A DNA stretch of 64,000 bases, taken from positions 201,832 through 265,831 of the forward strand of contig JBAZXK010000002.1 of the NCBI GenBank assembly GCA_041659905.1, given 5' to 3'. The translations under genes were made by a program, and so were the position numbers. Below are positions 18,915-29,859 of this stretch, piece by piece. Each line of letters opens with the position of its first letter. The stretch's first letter is position 1. This DNA comes from Patescibacteria group bacterium. GTDB taxonomy: Bacteria > Patescibacteriota > Kazan-3B-28 > UBA10110. The notes beneath the pieces are model-generated. The model was not told the DNA's origin. It saw nothing but the letters and a program-made list of their open reading frames with translations, and ran no database searches.

Positions 18915-18972
18915 GTCATTCCGACCGTAGTGGAGGAATCTCATGAGATCCTTCGACTCCGCTCAGGATGAC
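18915..18972. repeat. Palindromic element, copy 3 (near-identical to copy 2)
   Basis: gtcattccgaccgtagtggaggaatctcatgagatccttcgactccgctcaggatgac. Ends 15 nt before the next CDS. Confidence 0.65.
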
Positions 18973-18986
18973 AGATGTAAGGTAAT

Positions 18987-20087
18987 ATGTCTTCTGTTAA
19001 TTTTGAACAACTAGAAGCTGAGCTCCGTACCCTAGGTGAAAACAAGGGGATTTTAACTACTAATAAAAAACAAGCTATCCGCGACCGGGTTTTCCAATCT
19101 ATTGGGCAAGTTGAGTTAGCTGATGCCATCGCGACCGGAGAAGCCAAAGCCGGATTAGCAGTGTCTTTGAAGCATCTGCAACAAGCGCTGATCCCTCATC
19201 GTTTGTCTTTTTCCATGCCAGTCACTGCCGCTGTGGTTATGGTGGTTTTCTTGGGTTCATTAGTAACTGGGGTAGCTGCTCAAAGTTCTCGGCCGGGTGA
19301 TGTTTTATTCGCCATGAAAAAAGTTTTTCAAGCGATTGAAATAGCAGCGGTAGCAGATCCGATCAAGAAAGCGGAAGTTAGCTTAAATATCGCAGGTGAG
19401 CGGTTGCAATATCTCGAGGAATCCGTGGGACAAGAAGAAGCTTTACATATTGTATTAAAAGAAAGTCAATCAGCCTTAGTCAGCGCCAAAGAAACCCTGA
19501 AAAAAGCCCAGGAAAGCGGAGACACGGCTAATGCCACAGCTTTATTGGATAAATTTAATAGTTTATTAGCCGATCAAAAGGTAATTTTAGAAGATATTGA
19601 AAAAACTACCCCGAGTGATGATGTGAAACAAACAATTGTAGCCATCAGGGATGTCATTGCATCTGATAAAGAGATTGAATCTGGAAAATTAACAGAATTA
19701 TCTGACAAAAATGCGACTACAACGGGTTCTATAGTGCCGAAAGCAATTACTAAACCCAATAATCAACCACTGACATTGAATATTGCTTTAAGTGGCTTCC
19801 AGACACTAGCGGGACGTATTAGTACTGCCGGTGGACAACCCACTATCTTCTTTAATGGTAACCAATACGTCATCATTGTGTCATCCCCTGTGTCGATGGA
19901 CCAATATATCGGTTCTAGCAATGTGGCTTTGAGTGGAGTAGTCAAAGATGGGTATTTCACAGTTTATCGGGTAGTCATTAATGGTACAGTTTTAGCTGAT
20001 ATTATTCCTCAAACAACCAATCCAGTTAGCACAGATGGAAATCCAGAAAATTCTAACCAATCTGATCAGCCAGTCAACCAGGAATAA
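18987..20087 (+). CDS. Putative membrane-anchored anti-sigma factor (hypothetical)
   Basis: Immediately downstream of the ECF sigma gene. Single TM (VTAAVVMVVFLGSLVTGVAA) and a long extracytoplasmic domain. Confidence 0.4.
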   Translation: MSSVNFEQLEAELRTLGENKGILTTNKKQAIRDRVFQSIGQVELADAIATGEAKAGLAVSLKHLQQALIPHRLSFSMPVTAAVVMVVFLGSLVTGVAAQSSRPGDVLFAMKKVFQAIEIAAVADPIKKAEVSLNIAGERLQYLEESVGQEEALHIVLKESQSALVSAKETLKKAQESGDTANATALLDKFNSLLADQKVILEDIEKTTPSDDVKQTIVAIRDVIASDKEIESGKLTELSDKNATTTGSIVPKAITKPNNQPLTLNIALSGFQTLAGRISTAGGQPTIFFNGNQYVIIVSSPVSMDQYIGSSNVALSGVVKDGYFTVYRVVINGTVLADIIPQTTNPVSTDGNPENSNQSDQPVNQE

Positions 20088-20096
20088 CACTCGTTT

Positions 20097-20165
20097 GTCA
20101 TCCCGACCGTAGCGGAGGGATCTGAGGTTTTTACTGTTAGATTCCTCGACTTCGCTCGGAATGAC
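20097..20165. repeat. Palindromic element, copy 4
   Basis: gtcatcccgaccgtagcggagggatctgag...agattcctcgacttcgctcggaatgac. Confidence 0.65.
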
Positions 20166-20353
20166 ACTTCAACTTAACAATTTAACCGAATCTGCAGGTT
20201 TGGACCGAGAGCAATACACGCATAAAATTTCGCGTCAGCTCAGCTTACAGATGAACCTCTAGGCAGCTTGAAGGCATCAATTGAGCCTTTAAACGCCAGA
20301 GTCAAACTCCAAATAAAAGCACTTATTAATTAATTCGAAAGAACAAAATATAC

Positions 20354-23300
20354 ATGAATAATGCTTTCAAAAAGATGACGCGGGCAATTGCTTGGTTGGC
20401 AACAGCCAGCTTAACCGTGGGTTTCGCTATGATGCCCAGTGGTGCAGTTGCTCAAACGGTCTATAAGTATGAATGGGTCCGCCAGAGTGGCACCATTAGC
20501 GCAGATCAGTTAGCTCATGAATACCAAGGGGTAACCGCGGGCCAAACTATTCCTCTGTCGTTAACGATGATTAACCGGTCTGGCACAACCATCAAAGGCA
20601 AATCGGCTTTGCCGGTTGGCACCAAGCAAGTTCCGGTCGGTGTCTGGGGCATTGGTACTCAGAACCCACAGGACGGCACGCCTTCCTTCTTAGATTTGTC
20701 CAGCTTTGTGCTGAACAATAACCGGTTTGTTTACTATGACGGAGCCGATGTTCCTAACGGAGGTGAAATTACCTTCACTTGGAATATTAAAATGGCTGCG
20801 AGTCTCTCTAACGGGACTTACAAATTATATGTAAGACCAGTCAGTGAGTTCTTGGCCTGGACTCGTCAGGTCAAGAATGGTATCACTTTACCGGGTACCA
20901 ATTCTGATATCTTCTGGCAGTTTGTAGTGGGCAGTGGTGTTTCTACTGCTCCTACTGGCGGTTTGTCGATCGTTTTAGCGGGCGACACCCCAGCTGCTTC
21001 TAGCATTGCCGATGCCGGGCAAGCTAACTTCACTAAATTCACCATGACCCCTGCATCCGGAGCCACTGTTTTGGTTAATCAGCTCTTTGTGATGCGTGAC
21101 GGTCTTTCTACTGATACTCAATTAGAAAATGTTAAGCTGTTAAATGCTGACGGAGTACAAATTGGGAGTACAGCTGGTGGATTTAATGCTGATCATCGGG
21201 CTCAAATCTTTATCAATCCAGCGTTGAGTTTAACTGGTTCGCAGTCCTTCTATCTAAGGGCCGGAGTGGTTAACGCTACTGATGCTGGAGTTACCTTTAG
21301 ATTAGGTCTTGCCACTAACGATGCGGTGGTGTCTAATGCCACATCAGTTACTGGTGCACCAGTCTGGGGTAACTTTATGACGTGCGTACAGGTAGCCATT
21401 GGTACTATTACTGTCACGGAAGATGGTTCTATCTCTGACAGCACCCCAGATGTGGGTGATAAGGATGTCATTTTGAATACTTTCAAATTGACAGCCGGTT
21501 CTGTCGAAGGATTTGTAGTTGACAGAATTACTGTCCTCAAGGCTGGTACTGCCGAAACGGCCGATGCTACCAATATTGAGTTGTGGGATGTGACCAATAA
21601 TAAAAGCTTGGGAGAACAAGCCGCTTGGACATCAGATGGTAAAGCTTCTTGGGCGGTCAATCTTGCCTTAGGCAAGGGCGATACCATTCGCTTACGGGTA
21701 CAAGCAGACATCGTTGACGGTGTCGGCTTAACCATAAACTGCGACATCGCTGATGGCAGTGATTACTTGGTCTTCGCTAGGGGCACAACCTATGGATTCT
21801 ACGTTACTCCTAGTGCTTCCTGGACAGCCGATGCTGGCACAGGTGGAACTAACAATGCTGGTCAAGGTGACAAGAACCAAACCATTAACTCAGGTTCCGT
21901 CACCGTTTCCAAGAGTGCTCTCACTCCCGCCACTGGTAATATTGCCATAGCTGATAGTCAGCTCCTGGCGGTATTTGCCTTTGACGTTAAGGGTGAGCAG
22001 GTCAGAATTAGCGCGGTGCACGTTGATGCAGCCGTGACTGATGTCAGCGCTGGCACTCCAGCGGCTGATGCTACCGATCTCACTAATGTTCGTTTAGTTG
22101 ATATGGCGACCGGAAATATTCTGTCTGGACCAGTTGATGGTACAGCAGACAGTACTGATCCGGATGAGGAATTAGACTTTACTAATACCTTTACTTTGCC
22201 AGTCGGCGTTAGTAATGTTGGCGTAAAAGGTCGTTGGGTGCTGCTTCTGGAACTGATGGTTTTGAAGCTACTGACACCCTTTCCTTCTCGATTGATGCTG
22301 CTGGTCAGGTATCCGTTAAGGGTATTATTACCAACAACACAATTACTCCTACCATCTCTGCTGCTTCTAGCAACACCTTGACTGTCAAGGCAGGGTCAAT
22401 GACTATTGAAACCTTAGGCCAGCCGGCTACAGGAAGTATAGTGGTCAATACTCAAGATATGGTAGTAGGTACTTATGCATTCAACGCGGTAGCGTCAGGT
22501 GAAGACCTGATCGTATCTGCCTTCACCGTAACTGACGATATGGATGCAACTACTGGAGAAAGCGACGACTTTGTCAACTGGCAATTGTGGGCCGATTTAA
22601 CTTCTGGCACCACTTCTCCTCGCGGAGATGTCTATGAAACGCCAATCTCTGGTACGGAAAATCCGACCAGTGATGCTGCTGACAGTACTGATACCCAAGC
22701 ATTCACCTTCACTACTCCTATAACCGTGCTTAAGGGCACGAGTGTAAGAGTTGTGTTAGTGGCTGATGTGGCTTCTGGTGCAACCGCTAATGGTACTCAT
22801 ATCTTTGAGACTGCTAGCGCCACTTTTGCTACCGTAACCGGGAAAGATACCGGAACGGATGTCGCTGAAGGTAGTGCTGGTTTGTCAATCAACGCTACTT
22901 TGACGATTGCCGCCAATGGTAGTTTGACCAGCGCATTAGCTGCCAGCACTCCTGTTACTGGTCTCATGGTGGCGAGCGCAATCACTACTTTAGGGGCTTT
23001 TGATCTGATTGCTTCTAATGAAGCCTACACAGTGACCAAGCTTTCCTTGGATTTCACAGCTGGTTATGACTCATTGGATACAGTAAAAATCACTTATCCA
23101 ACCAAGACAGGAACAGATACTCGCGAAATCTCACTTTCCACTGCCGCCGCTACCTTCGACAACATCAACATGTATGTGCCGAAGAACGGTCGCGCTACCT
23201 TCACTGCTACTGGTGTTGGTAAAAAGGTGGGTACTAGTGGTACAGGCGGAACCTTCGACGACACAATTACTTGTATCTTCGACAACTCTGCTGCCGGCGA

Positions 23301-24126
23301 ATTTGCGGCAGTGGGAGAAGGCTCTGGTGCTGCCTTAACTGGTTCGGATATTTCCGATCAGACGGCTGCTAGTATGTTCCTCTATAACTCAGTTCCGACC
23401 ATAGTTTCGAGCAATCCTTCTTCAGTCGGAACCATTGTGCCGGGCGGTACTATTAACTTGTATAAGTTTAAAGTTACTGCCGACGCGGCTGGTGCTGTGG
23501 CATTGAAGTCGTTCCACTACTCAGTCTTCATTACAGATGCGAGCACGACGACGGCTTCCGCTGCGGATTTGACTAACTTTACCATTCTTCGGGATGGTAC
23601 GGATATCACTTCCAGCGCTCAAATCACTGAGGTGTCCAGCAACGGTTCTAGCTTTATTGCTACTCCGTTGACTTTGGAAGCGACCAACTACATTGAAAAC
23701 AACGTTTCGGCTTGGGTTCAAGTAGCGTTTGGTCAAGATCCTGACGGTACTGACACTGAGCAGGTTATATCTGCGAACCAAACTGTGGAATACACCTTAC
23801 GGGCACAATGCGGCACTGGCTTTACCACTACCGATGCGATCTCAACTAACTTGTTGCAAGATACAACCGATGCCACCGCTCTGGCTTACTACCTGAGCGA
23901 TGCTGATACTGGCACTGGTGTTGAACAAGTAGTTGCCTTGCAAAAGGCTGATGGTACCCAGTTCACTACTGCGACTGGTGTTCACTTGATTTGGTCAGAT
24001 CGTTCCACTGTCATTCATGTAGCGAGCTTTGATGACGATGGTACTACCGAAACCTCCAGTGCTGACTGGACCAACGGTTACCTAGTCAAGAGCTATCCGT
24101 TATCGGCTTATGGTTATACGCTTTAA
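20354..24126 (+). CDS. Large (~1260 aa) S/T/G-rich secreted surface protein, interrupted by an apparent frameshift near 22225-22245 (track splits it into 20354-22381 and 22234-24126)
   Basis: Signal peptide MNNAFKKMTRAIAWLATASLTVGFAMMPSGAVAQT. The frame-1 tail RWVLLLELMVLKLL... is out-of-frame read-through. Frame 2 continues the same sequence style. The C-terminal ~250 aa are paralogous to 44302-45747. Confidence 0.55.
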
Positions 24127-24184
24127 GGCGCTAAACTATTTGTTGATCTTCTGGTAGTTCAGATCATTGCCTGAAATGCAAACC

Positions 24185-24211
24185 GAAAGGGGCCTCGTAC
24201 GAGGCCCCTTT
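24185..24211. terminator. Strong GC hairpin after the surface-protein gene
   Basis: aaaggggcctcgtacgaggcccctttc. Confidence 0.45.
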
Positions 24212-24288
24212 CGCATAGAAAATATCTGGCAGAATAATTAAAAAATCAGGTATAATGGAAAGGAAATTTATTCTTAATTAGTACGGTT

Positions 24289-24870
24289 ATGTGGAGAGAA
24301 TTGGTAACAGATTTTTGGCGCCGGTTCTGGTGGGGACTAGTCGGCATTATCGTGATTATAGGCGGAATTATTTGGCTGACAACTTATGTTGGGACAGTAG
24401 AAGTTAGTGGTTATCGGGTATCGCAAGCCGATGCTGAAGCAACTAATTATTATGCTGCCGGAGAAATTGATCAAGCCCAAGCTGCTTACGAAACCATCAC
24501 CAAGAATCATCCGAATGATTGGTTTGCTTGGAATGGTTTAGGTAATATCTACCGGGATAAAGGTCAATACGGCTCAGCTGAAATAGCTTATCTAAAAGCA
24601 TTGAAAATTAATCCCCAGTTTGAGCAAGGTTATCGCAATATTTATAATCTTTATTATGCTTGGTCTTCTCAGGATGCAACACAGCTCAGCAAAGCAGAGC
24701 CAGTATTATTGGATGGTATTAAATATTTGCCAAAATCGGAAATTGTACTAGAAGAAATCCTAAACTATTATCAAAAAATTGGTAATCAAGAACAATTTAC
24801 CTTTTATCAAGACAAACTGAATAAATTACGCGGTGCTATTGATAAACCAACTGGAGTTAACTTTGAATAA
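24289..24870 (+). CDS. TPR-repeat protein with N-terminal TM anchor
   Basis: AWNGLGNIYRDKGQYGSAEIAYLKALKINP TPR motif. Confidence 0.6.
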   Translation: MWRELVTDFWRRFWWGLVGIIVIIGGIIWLTTYVGTVEVSGYRVSQADAEATNYYAAGEIDQAQAAYETITKNHPNDWFAWNGLGNIYRDKGQYGSAEIAYLKALKINPQFEQGYRNIYNLYYAWSSQDATQLSKAEPVLLDGIKYLPKSEIVLEEILNYYQKIGNQEQFTFYQDKLNKLRGAIDKPTGVNFE

Positions 24871-24876
24871 TTCTTA

Positions 24877-27126
24877 GTGATGACGAAACAGCAGTCTCAT
24901 TGGTGGCAGTTGACTAATCAATCTTGGCTGACGGATTTAGCCGTTTGGGTGATTTTATTGATGCCATTGATAGTTTATACAGGAATATATCAGCCTTTCA
25001 GTTTTGGGAGATATGCGTTTTTTATGCTGATTTTGGTTGGTTTGGCTCTAGGGGTGCTGGTAGTCCGGGTCTGGCAACTTAATTATGCTTGGTGGCGGCA
25101 ACCGATTTTTTGGTTAACCTTAGTCTGGCTCGCAGTTGCCATAATCGCAGCTTTCAGCGGAGTTAATTTAATTCGGAGTTGGTGGGGGACAGTGAGCCGC
25201 GGTATGGGCATGGTTTTCTTTGTCGGCTTATGGTTGATGGGGTGGTGGTTACTGTTAGCAGTAAATCAAAAGGAGCGTTGGCTGAAAATCTTTGCAGTCA
25301 TGAGCTGGGTCGGCGCTATCTCCGGTTTTTATGCCATACTTCAAACTCTAAAAATCCCCGGTCTGTATATTATTGCTTCTGGTGCGAGAGCGGCCGCCCT
25401 GATGGGAAATCCTATCTTTCTCGGGCAATTACTGCTTTTCACTATTTTTTTGACTTTATATTTTGTGATTAGCGCCACCCCGCGTCAACGCTGGGGTTAT
25501 ATAGTTAGTTTGTTGCTGCAGATTATTGGCATAGTTTTGACAGCTTCCCGAGGTCCTTTATTAACTCTGGCAATAGCTGGTCTTATTTGGGGGGTGGGAA
25601 TTTGGTGGTTGTACCGATCAAAACTGCGCTTGAGTTGGCGAGGATTGTGGGGAGGCTTAGCGGCGCTCGTAGCCGTGGCAGTAGCTGTTATTTATCTGTT
25701 ACCCGCATCCAGTCTGGCTAGAATTTTTGATATTTATAATACCTCTATGCAAGCCCGGTTAGTTACTTGGCGAACCGCTTGGTTGGCTATTCAGGACCGT
25801 CCCCTGCTCGGGTTCGGTAATGAAAACGCTTGGTACGCTTTCACGCATTTTTATCAACCCGGACTGGCTGATCTAAGTTTCGGAGAAACAATTGTTGACC
25901 GGGCACATAATTTTTTCTTAGATCAACTTTTAGCGAATGGCTGGATCGGTTTATTGGCAGCTGGTTTGGTATTCGGTTTTATTATTTGGGGGTTGTGGCG
26001 TTATTTCAGAAAGCAGGCTGATCAAGGTAATTTTACTTCAGCTTTATTGGGATGGTCGCTGTTAATTACTACTATGGCTTATTTGTTGGCAAATATGACA
26101 GGTTTTGATACGGTCGCCACAACCATTTATGGTGCCATATTGTTGACCGGCATTATTGCCCTGTTAGCGCCAGAATTAGTCCCAGTTGGTCAAATTCAGT
26201 CAATCTGGTGGTGGCGCACTATCATAGGAATTTTATTGATTAGTTTAATTTTTATTGACGGTAAATATTTGGTTCCGGCAATGCGCATTGGGCGGTATGT
26301 TAAAACCGCCAATTCGGCTTATGAAAAATCTGATTACAAGGCAGCTGCCAAAGCTTTTGCTAAAGCCCAAGAAACCATCAATCCTTATCGCTGGTCATTC
26401 TTAACTAATTATCCTAGTTTTGCTCGTAAGTATGCCATTTTATCGCTTGAAGATAATCCTGCATGGGCTGATAGTATAGCCACAGATGGGTTGCGGGTAG
26501 TTAATAATATTAAACGGCAAGAGCCTGACCGCGTAGCTGTATTTATGGAATATCCGATTCTCTATACTGCCCTATCTTTCCTTGATCCTAGATATGCTCC
26601 GAAAGCCGAAGAATCTTTCAACGAATTAGTAAAAGAATTTCCCAATCATGAATATATTTACCTGAATTGGGCAAGATCATTAATGGGGATGAGTAAATAT
26701 CCTGAAGCACGAAAGGTACTCAATCAATTAGAAGAACGATTTAAATTAGTGCCCCGATCATTTACTTTTTGGCGAGCATTAACTGATATCCGATTGACGA
26801 GCTCTAATCGTCAACACATTGTCAATGATCTGCAAACTACCCTTGATCGCAAAATGCCTTTTGCCGATGGCGATCAGGATATTTTGCGCTTAGCCACGTC
26901 TTATTTGGTTAGTGTCAAACAATGGCAACTAGCGGTACAATATCAGGAGAAAATTGTTAAATTATCGCCTCAGGATGTGGCAGAAAGACTTAATCTGGCC
27001 GTTATCTATAAGGAATTAAAAGATTATAGTAAAGCCAGGGAGCAGGCGCTAATAATTATTAAACTAGATCCTAGTAAATTAGAAGCGACTAAACAATTTT
27101 TGCAGAGTATGGGTCAGACATTGTAA
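24877..27126 (+). CDS. O-antigen ligase/polymerase-like (Wzy_C) polytopic membrane protein with C-terminal TPR domain
   Basis: ~12 TM helices, TASRGPLLTLAIAGLIW motif, C-terminal TPR repeats. Confidence 0.65.
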   Translation: MMTKQQSHWWQLTNQSWLTDLAVWVILLMPLIVYTGIYQPFSFGRYAFFMLILVGLALGVLVVRVWQLNYAWWRQPIFWLTLVWLAVAIIAAFSGVNLIRSWWGTVSRGMGMVFFVGLWLMGWWLLLAVNQKERWLKIFAVMSWVGAISGFYAILQTLKIPGLYIIASGARAAALMGNPIFLGQLLLFTIFLTLYFVISATPRQRWGYIVSLLLQIIGIVLTASRGPLLTLAIAGLIWGVGIWWLYRSKLRLSWRGLWGGLAALVAVAVAVIYLLPASSLARIFDIYNTSMQARLVTWRTAWLAIQDRPLLGFGNENAWYAFTHFYQPGLADLSFGETIVDRAHNFFLDQLLANGWIGLLAAGLVFGFIIWGLWRYFRKQADQGNFTSALLGWSLLITTMAYLLANMTGFDTVATTIYGAILLTGIIALLAPELVPVGQIQSIWWWRTIIGILLISLIFIDGKYLVPAMRIGRYVKTANSAYEKSDYKAAAKAFAKAQETINPYRWSFLTNYPSFARKYAILSLEDNPAWADSIATDGLRVVNNIKRQEPDRVAVFMEYPILYTALSFLDPRYAPKAEESFNELVKEFPNHEYIYLNWARSLMGMSKYPEARKVLNQLEERFKLVPRSFTFWRALTDIRLTSSNRQHIVNDLQTTLDRKMPFADGDQDILRLATSYLVSVKQWQLAVQYQEKIVKLSPQDVAERLNLAVIYKELKDYSKAREQALIIIKLDPSKLEATKQFLQSMGQTL

Positions 27127-27150
27127 CAAAAAAGTGATACGATAAAATCG

Positions 27151-27726
27151 ATGAAGAAAACTCCATCTTGGATAACGAAGTTCGGTATTCACCAAATAGT
27201 AGCAGTTGTTTTAATATTGGCGATAGCCGGATTTTTAGGCACCCAATGGGCAGGAGGAAAGCTCAAAGCAGCCACCACTTCTAACTATATTCTGACTGTG
27301 GCGCTTACCGACGATCAACCAGCTGCTTTGTCGCAAACGGACGAAAATCAAAAAGTAGCCCAGTTTCGGTTAACCACGGATAGCCCAGAACCCGTTGTTG
27401 TCTCTGCTTTCAAGTTTAATCTAACAGGGGGCATTAAAAACAAAGTCTATCGCCTAACTACTTTAGTGCCACTGTCTATTGTTTATGGATCAGACCCGAT
27501 CGGTTTAGGTGAATCTTGGATGTATGATTATGGTCTTCTTGAGCAAACAGTGATTTTGTCTAAGAATCTAGCAGTAGCCAAAGACCAGCCCGCAGTCATA
27601 GATGTATACGCCGATTTGACTCGCCAAAAAGACCAGGCTTTTGGTTTGGAATTAGCGGGGGTGGATAGCCCCTTGCTCACCGAAGGAATTCCTGTCCAGA
27701 GCACTCTCTACAAAATCAAAAGGTAA
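27151..27726 (+). CDS. Hypothetical exported protein
   Basis: N-terminal signal anchor. No motif. Confidence 0.4.
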   Translation: MKKTPSWITKFGIHQIVAVVLILAIAGFLGTQWAGGKLKAATTSNYILTVALTDDQPAALSQTDENQKVAQFRLTTDSPEPVVVSAFKFNLTGGIKNKVYRLTTLVPLSIVYGSDPIGLGESWMYDYGLLEQTVILSKNLAVAKDQPAVIDVYADLTRQKDQAFGLELAGVDSPLLTEGIPVQSTLYKIKR

Positions 27727-27794
27727 ACCTAAACTTATTTTTGGACAGTGCCTGGCTGGGTGCGGTATTTGGTGACTGCAATCTTTGCAAAATA

Positions 27795-27827
27795 AAAACC
27801 GGCGAATTTCGCCGGTTTGCGGGTTTA
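27795..27827. terminator. Bidirectional terminator
   Basis: aaccggcgaatttcgccggtttgcgggttt. Confidence 0.5.
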
Positions 27828-27856
27828 AAAAGAGGTTGCCTGGTAGCTGGTCTCAC

Positions 27857-28513
27857 TTAGGAATAAAACCACCGCAGGTATTCCTGGAACTCGGGCCAGG
27901 TCGCCACATCGCCCGTTTCCTGGTAGCGGATGATTCGATCAACTTCTCCCTGGAAGAGGTCTATGGGAGTTTGGTCATCCGCCGGGATGATCTTGAAAGG
28001 ACTGGCATCCGTTGTCATGGGGTAAACCCTGACAGTAGTATGCAGTCCTTTTTTGATCAAACTGGCCAACAAAGTCAAATACGCCCGCGCTATATGGTAG
28101 GGGGGAGCCAGCAGAAATAGGCTCCCTATTGCTCTTTCGGCAATTTCTTGGGCCAGCCATTCAGACTGCGTCTTACAGTTGGCAGTCGGCCCTTGAATAA
28201 CAACTGTGAGATCGTCCCGGTGGCGCAGATTATACGGTCTTGTGCATAGGTCGTCCAGTGCGAGAGAATAATCTTCTCCGTATTCTGCTCCGTACCCTTC
28301 GATAAGTAGGGTATCAATATTGAGGCTGACATCAAACATATTCGGGAAGCCATTCGCCATACGGCAGGCTGCCCGCAGGCGAGATTCCTCCCGCCGCCCC
28401 ATGACTACAGCTAATGTGCGAGGCAGAGGGGAATGTTCTCGCGGTTCCATGCTAAACAAAAAAGTTACTATTTTGGTAACGTTCAATAGACTCTCTAGGT
28501 CCATGATCGGCAC
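27857..28513 (-). CDS. DUF218 (YdcF/ElyC/SanA-like) domain protein
   Basis: VVIQGPTANCKTQSEW and FLLAPPYHIARA resemble DUF218 conserved blocks. Visibly GC-richer than neighbours. Confidence 0.4.
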   Translation of the reverse strand: MPIMDLESLLNVTKIVTFLFSMEPREHSPLPRTLAVVMGRREESRLRAACRMANGFPNMFDVSLNIDTLLIEGYGAEYGEDYSLALDDLCTRPYNLRHRDDLTVVIQGPTANCKTQSEWLAQEIAERAIGSLFLLAPPYHIARAYLTLLASLIKKGLHTTVRVYPMTTDASPFKIIPADDQTPIDLFQGEVDRIIRYQETGDVATWPEFQEYLRWFYS

Positions 28514-28672
28514 CTCCTTCAGGTGTTGGGTTTTTTGAGCTAAAAGTCAGAGAACAAAACGAAACGCTAATTTACCAGAAATCGACTGCCGAGTCAAGCT
28601 GAGATAACAGTAGCTTGACCAACCCCGTCAGGCTATATAGAATAAGATACTATTACTAAAGAGTTAAAAGTA

Positions 28673-29773
28673 ATGTCCAAACTGAAAGTCATCACCTTTA
28701 TCGGGACTCGGCCGGAAATTACTAAGCTGAGCCTGGTGATAAAAAAGCTAGATGCCCTGCCGGATGTCCAACAGATCCTGGTTCATACCGGGCAGAATTT
28801 TGCTCCCAATATGAAAGATGTATTTTTTAAGGAATTGGATTTACGCCAACCGGATTATTATTTGGATGTGAAGGCCGATACGCTGGGGCAACAAATCGCT
28901 AATGTGATTGCTCGCTCCGAAGAGGTGCTCCGGAAAGAACAGCCGGATGTATTTTTGATTCTGGGTGACACCAATAGCGCCCTGTCTTCTATTATGGCGG
29001 CGAGATTGGGTATTCCCATTCTTCATATGGAAGCGGGTAATCGGTCTTTCGATGCTCGGGTGCCAGAAGAAGTTAATCGGCGCATGATAGATCATATTAG
29101 CACCTGGAATTTCCCTTACCGCGATTATCCGAGAGAAAATCTTCTGCGCGAGGGTATTAACCCGGCTAAAATCTTTATTACAGGCGATCCTTACATCGAA
29201 GTATTAAATCATTATTTGCCGTTGGCTAATACGGATGTATTAGAAAGGCTTGGGATAGTTAAAGGACAATATTTCTTAGCCACTACTCATCGCGAAGAAA
29301 ATGTCGAGAACGAAACGGCACTCCGGAATATTGCCAATGGACTGGCACTGGTCGCGGGGGAATATAACCAACCGGTAGTTTGGAGTTTACATCCGCGGAC
29401 TTTAGTCAAAGTGCAAGAGCTAGGTATTAAACTGCCGGCTAATGTTAAAATTATGGAGGCGATGGGCTTTATGGATTTTCTGACCTTAGAAAAAAATGCC
29501 AAATGCCTAATTAGCGATAGCGGCACCGTGCCTCAAGAGGGAGCCGTCATGCGAGTTCCTTCGGTAGTGATCCGTCAAGCTATGGAGCGGCCGGAAGTAT
29601 TGGAATGCGGCGCTACGATTTTAAGCGGCGTAGAAAATCCGGAAGCAATTCTTCGGGCTGTCCACACGATGCTGACTATTCCGGCTAATTGGCAAATACC
29701 CTATGATAACGAAGGTAGTCCTTCGGATCGGATGGTAAAATTCATTATGTCTTATAAGCAAAAACTGTATTAA
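28673..29773 (+). CDS. UDP-N-acetylglucosamine 2-epimerase family (WecB/Cap5G/FnlC-like)
   Basis: KVITFIGTRPEITKLS, HTGQNF, PDVFLILGDTNSAL, MEAGNRSFDARVPEEVNRRMIDHIS. Confidence 0.8.
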   Translation: MSKLKVITFIGTRPEITKLSLVIKKLDALPDVQQILVHTGQNFAPNMKDVFFKELDLRQPDYYLDVKADTLGQQIANVIARSEEVLRKEQPDVFLILGDTNSALSSIMAARLGIPILHMEAGNRSFDARVPEEVNRRMIDHISTWNFPYRDYPRENLLREGINPAKIFITGDPYIEVLNHYLPLANTDVLERLGIVKGQYFLATTHREENVENETALRNIANGLALVAGEYNQPVVWSLHPRTLVKVQELGIKLPANVKIMEAMGFMDFLTLEKNAKCLISDSGTVPQEGAVMRVPSVVIRQAMERPEVLECGATILSGVENPEAILRAVHTMLTIPANWQIPYDNEGSPSDRMVKFIMSYKQKLY

Positions 29774-29859
29774 AATTTAAAAAGTTAACTTCTCGCTTCG
29801 TTCGAAGAATAAAATTATTATTGTTCGAGCAAAAGCGAGAACTATCAAGAAACTAACAA

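Noticed and set aside
22246-22381. C-terminal tail of ORF 20354-22381 (RWVLLLELMVLKLL...)
   Set aside because: Low-complexity out-of-frame read-through after the frameshift, not a real domain.
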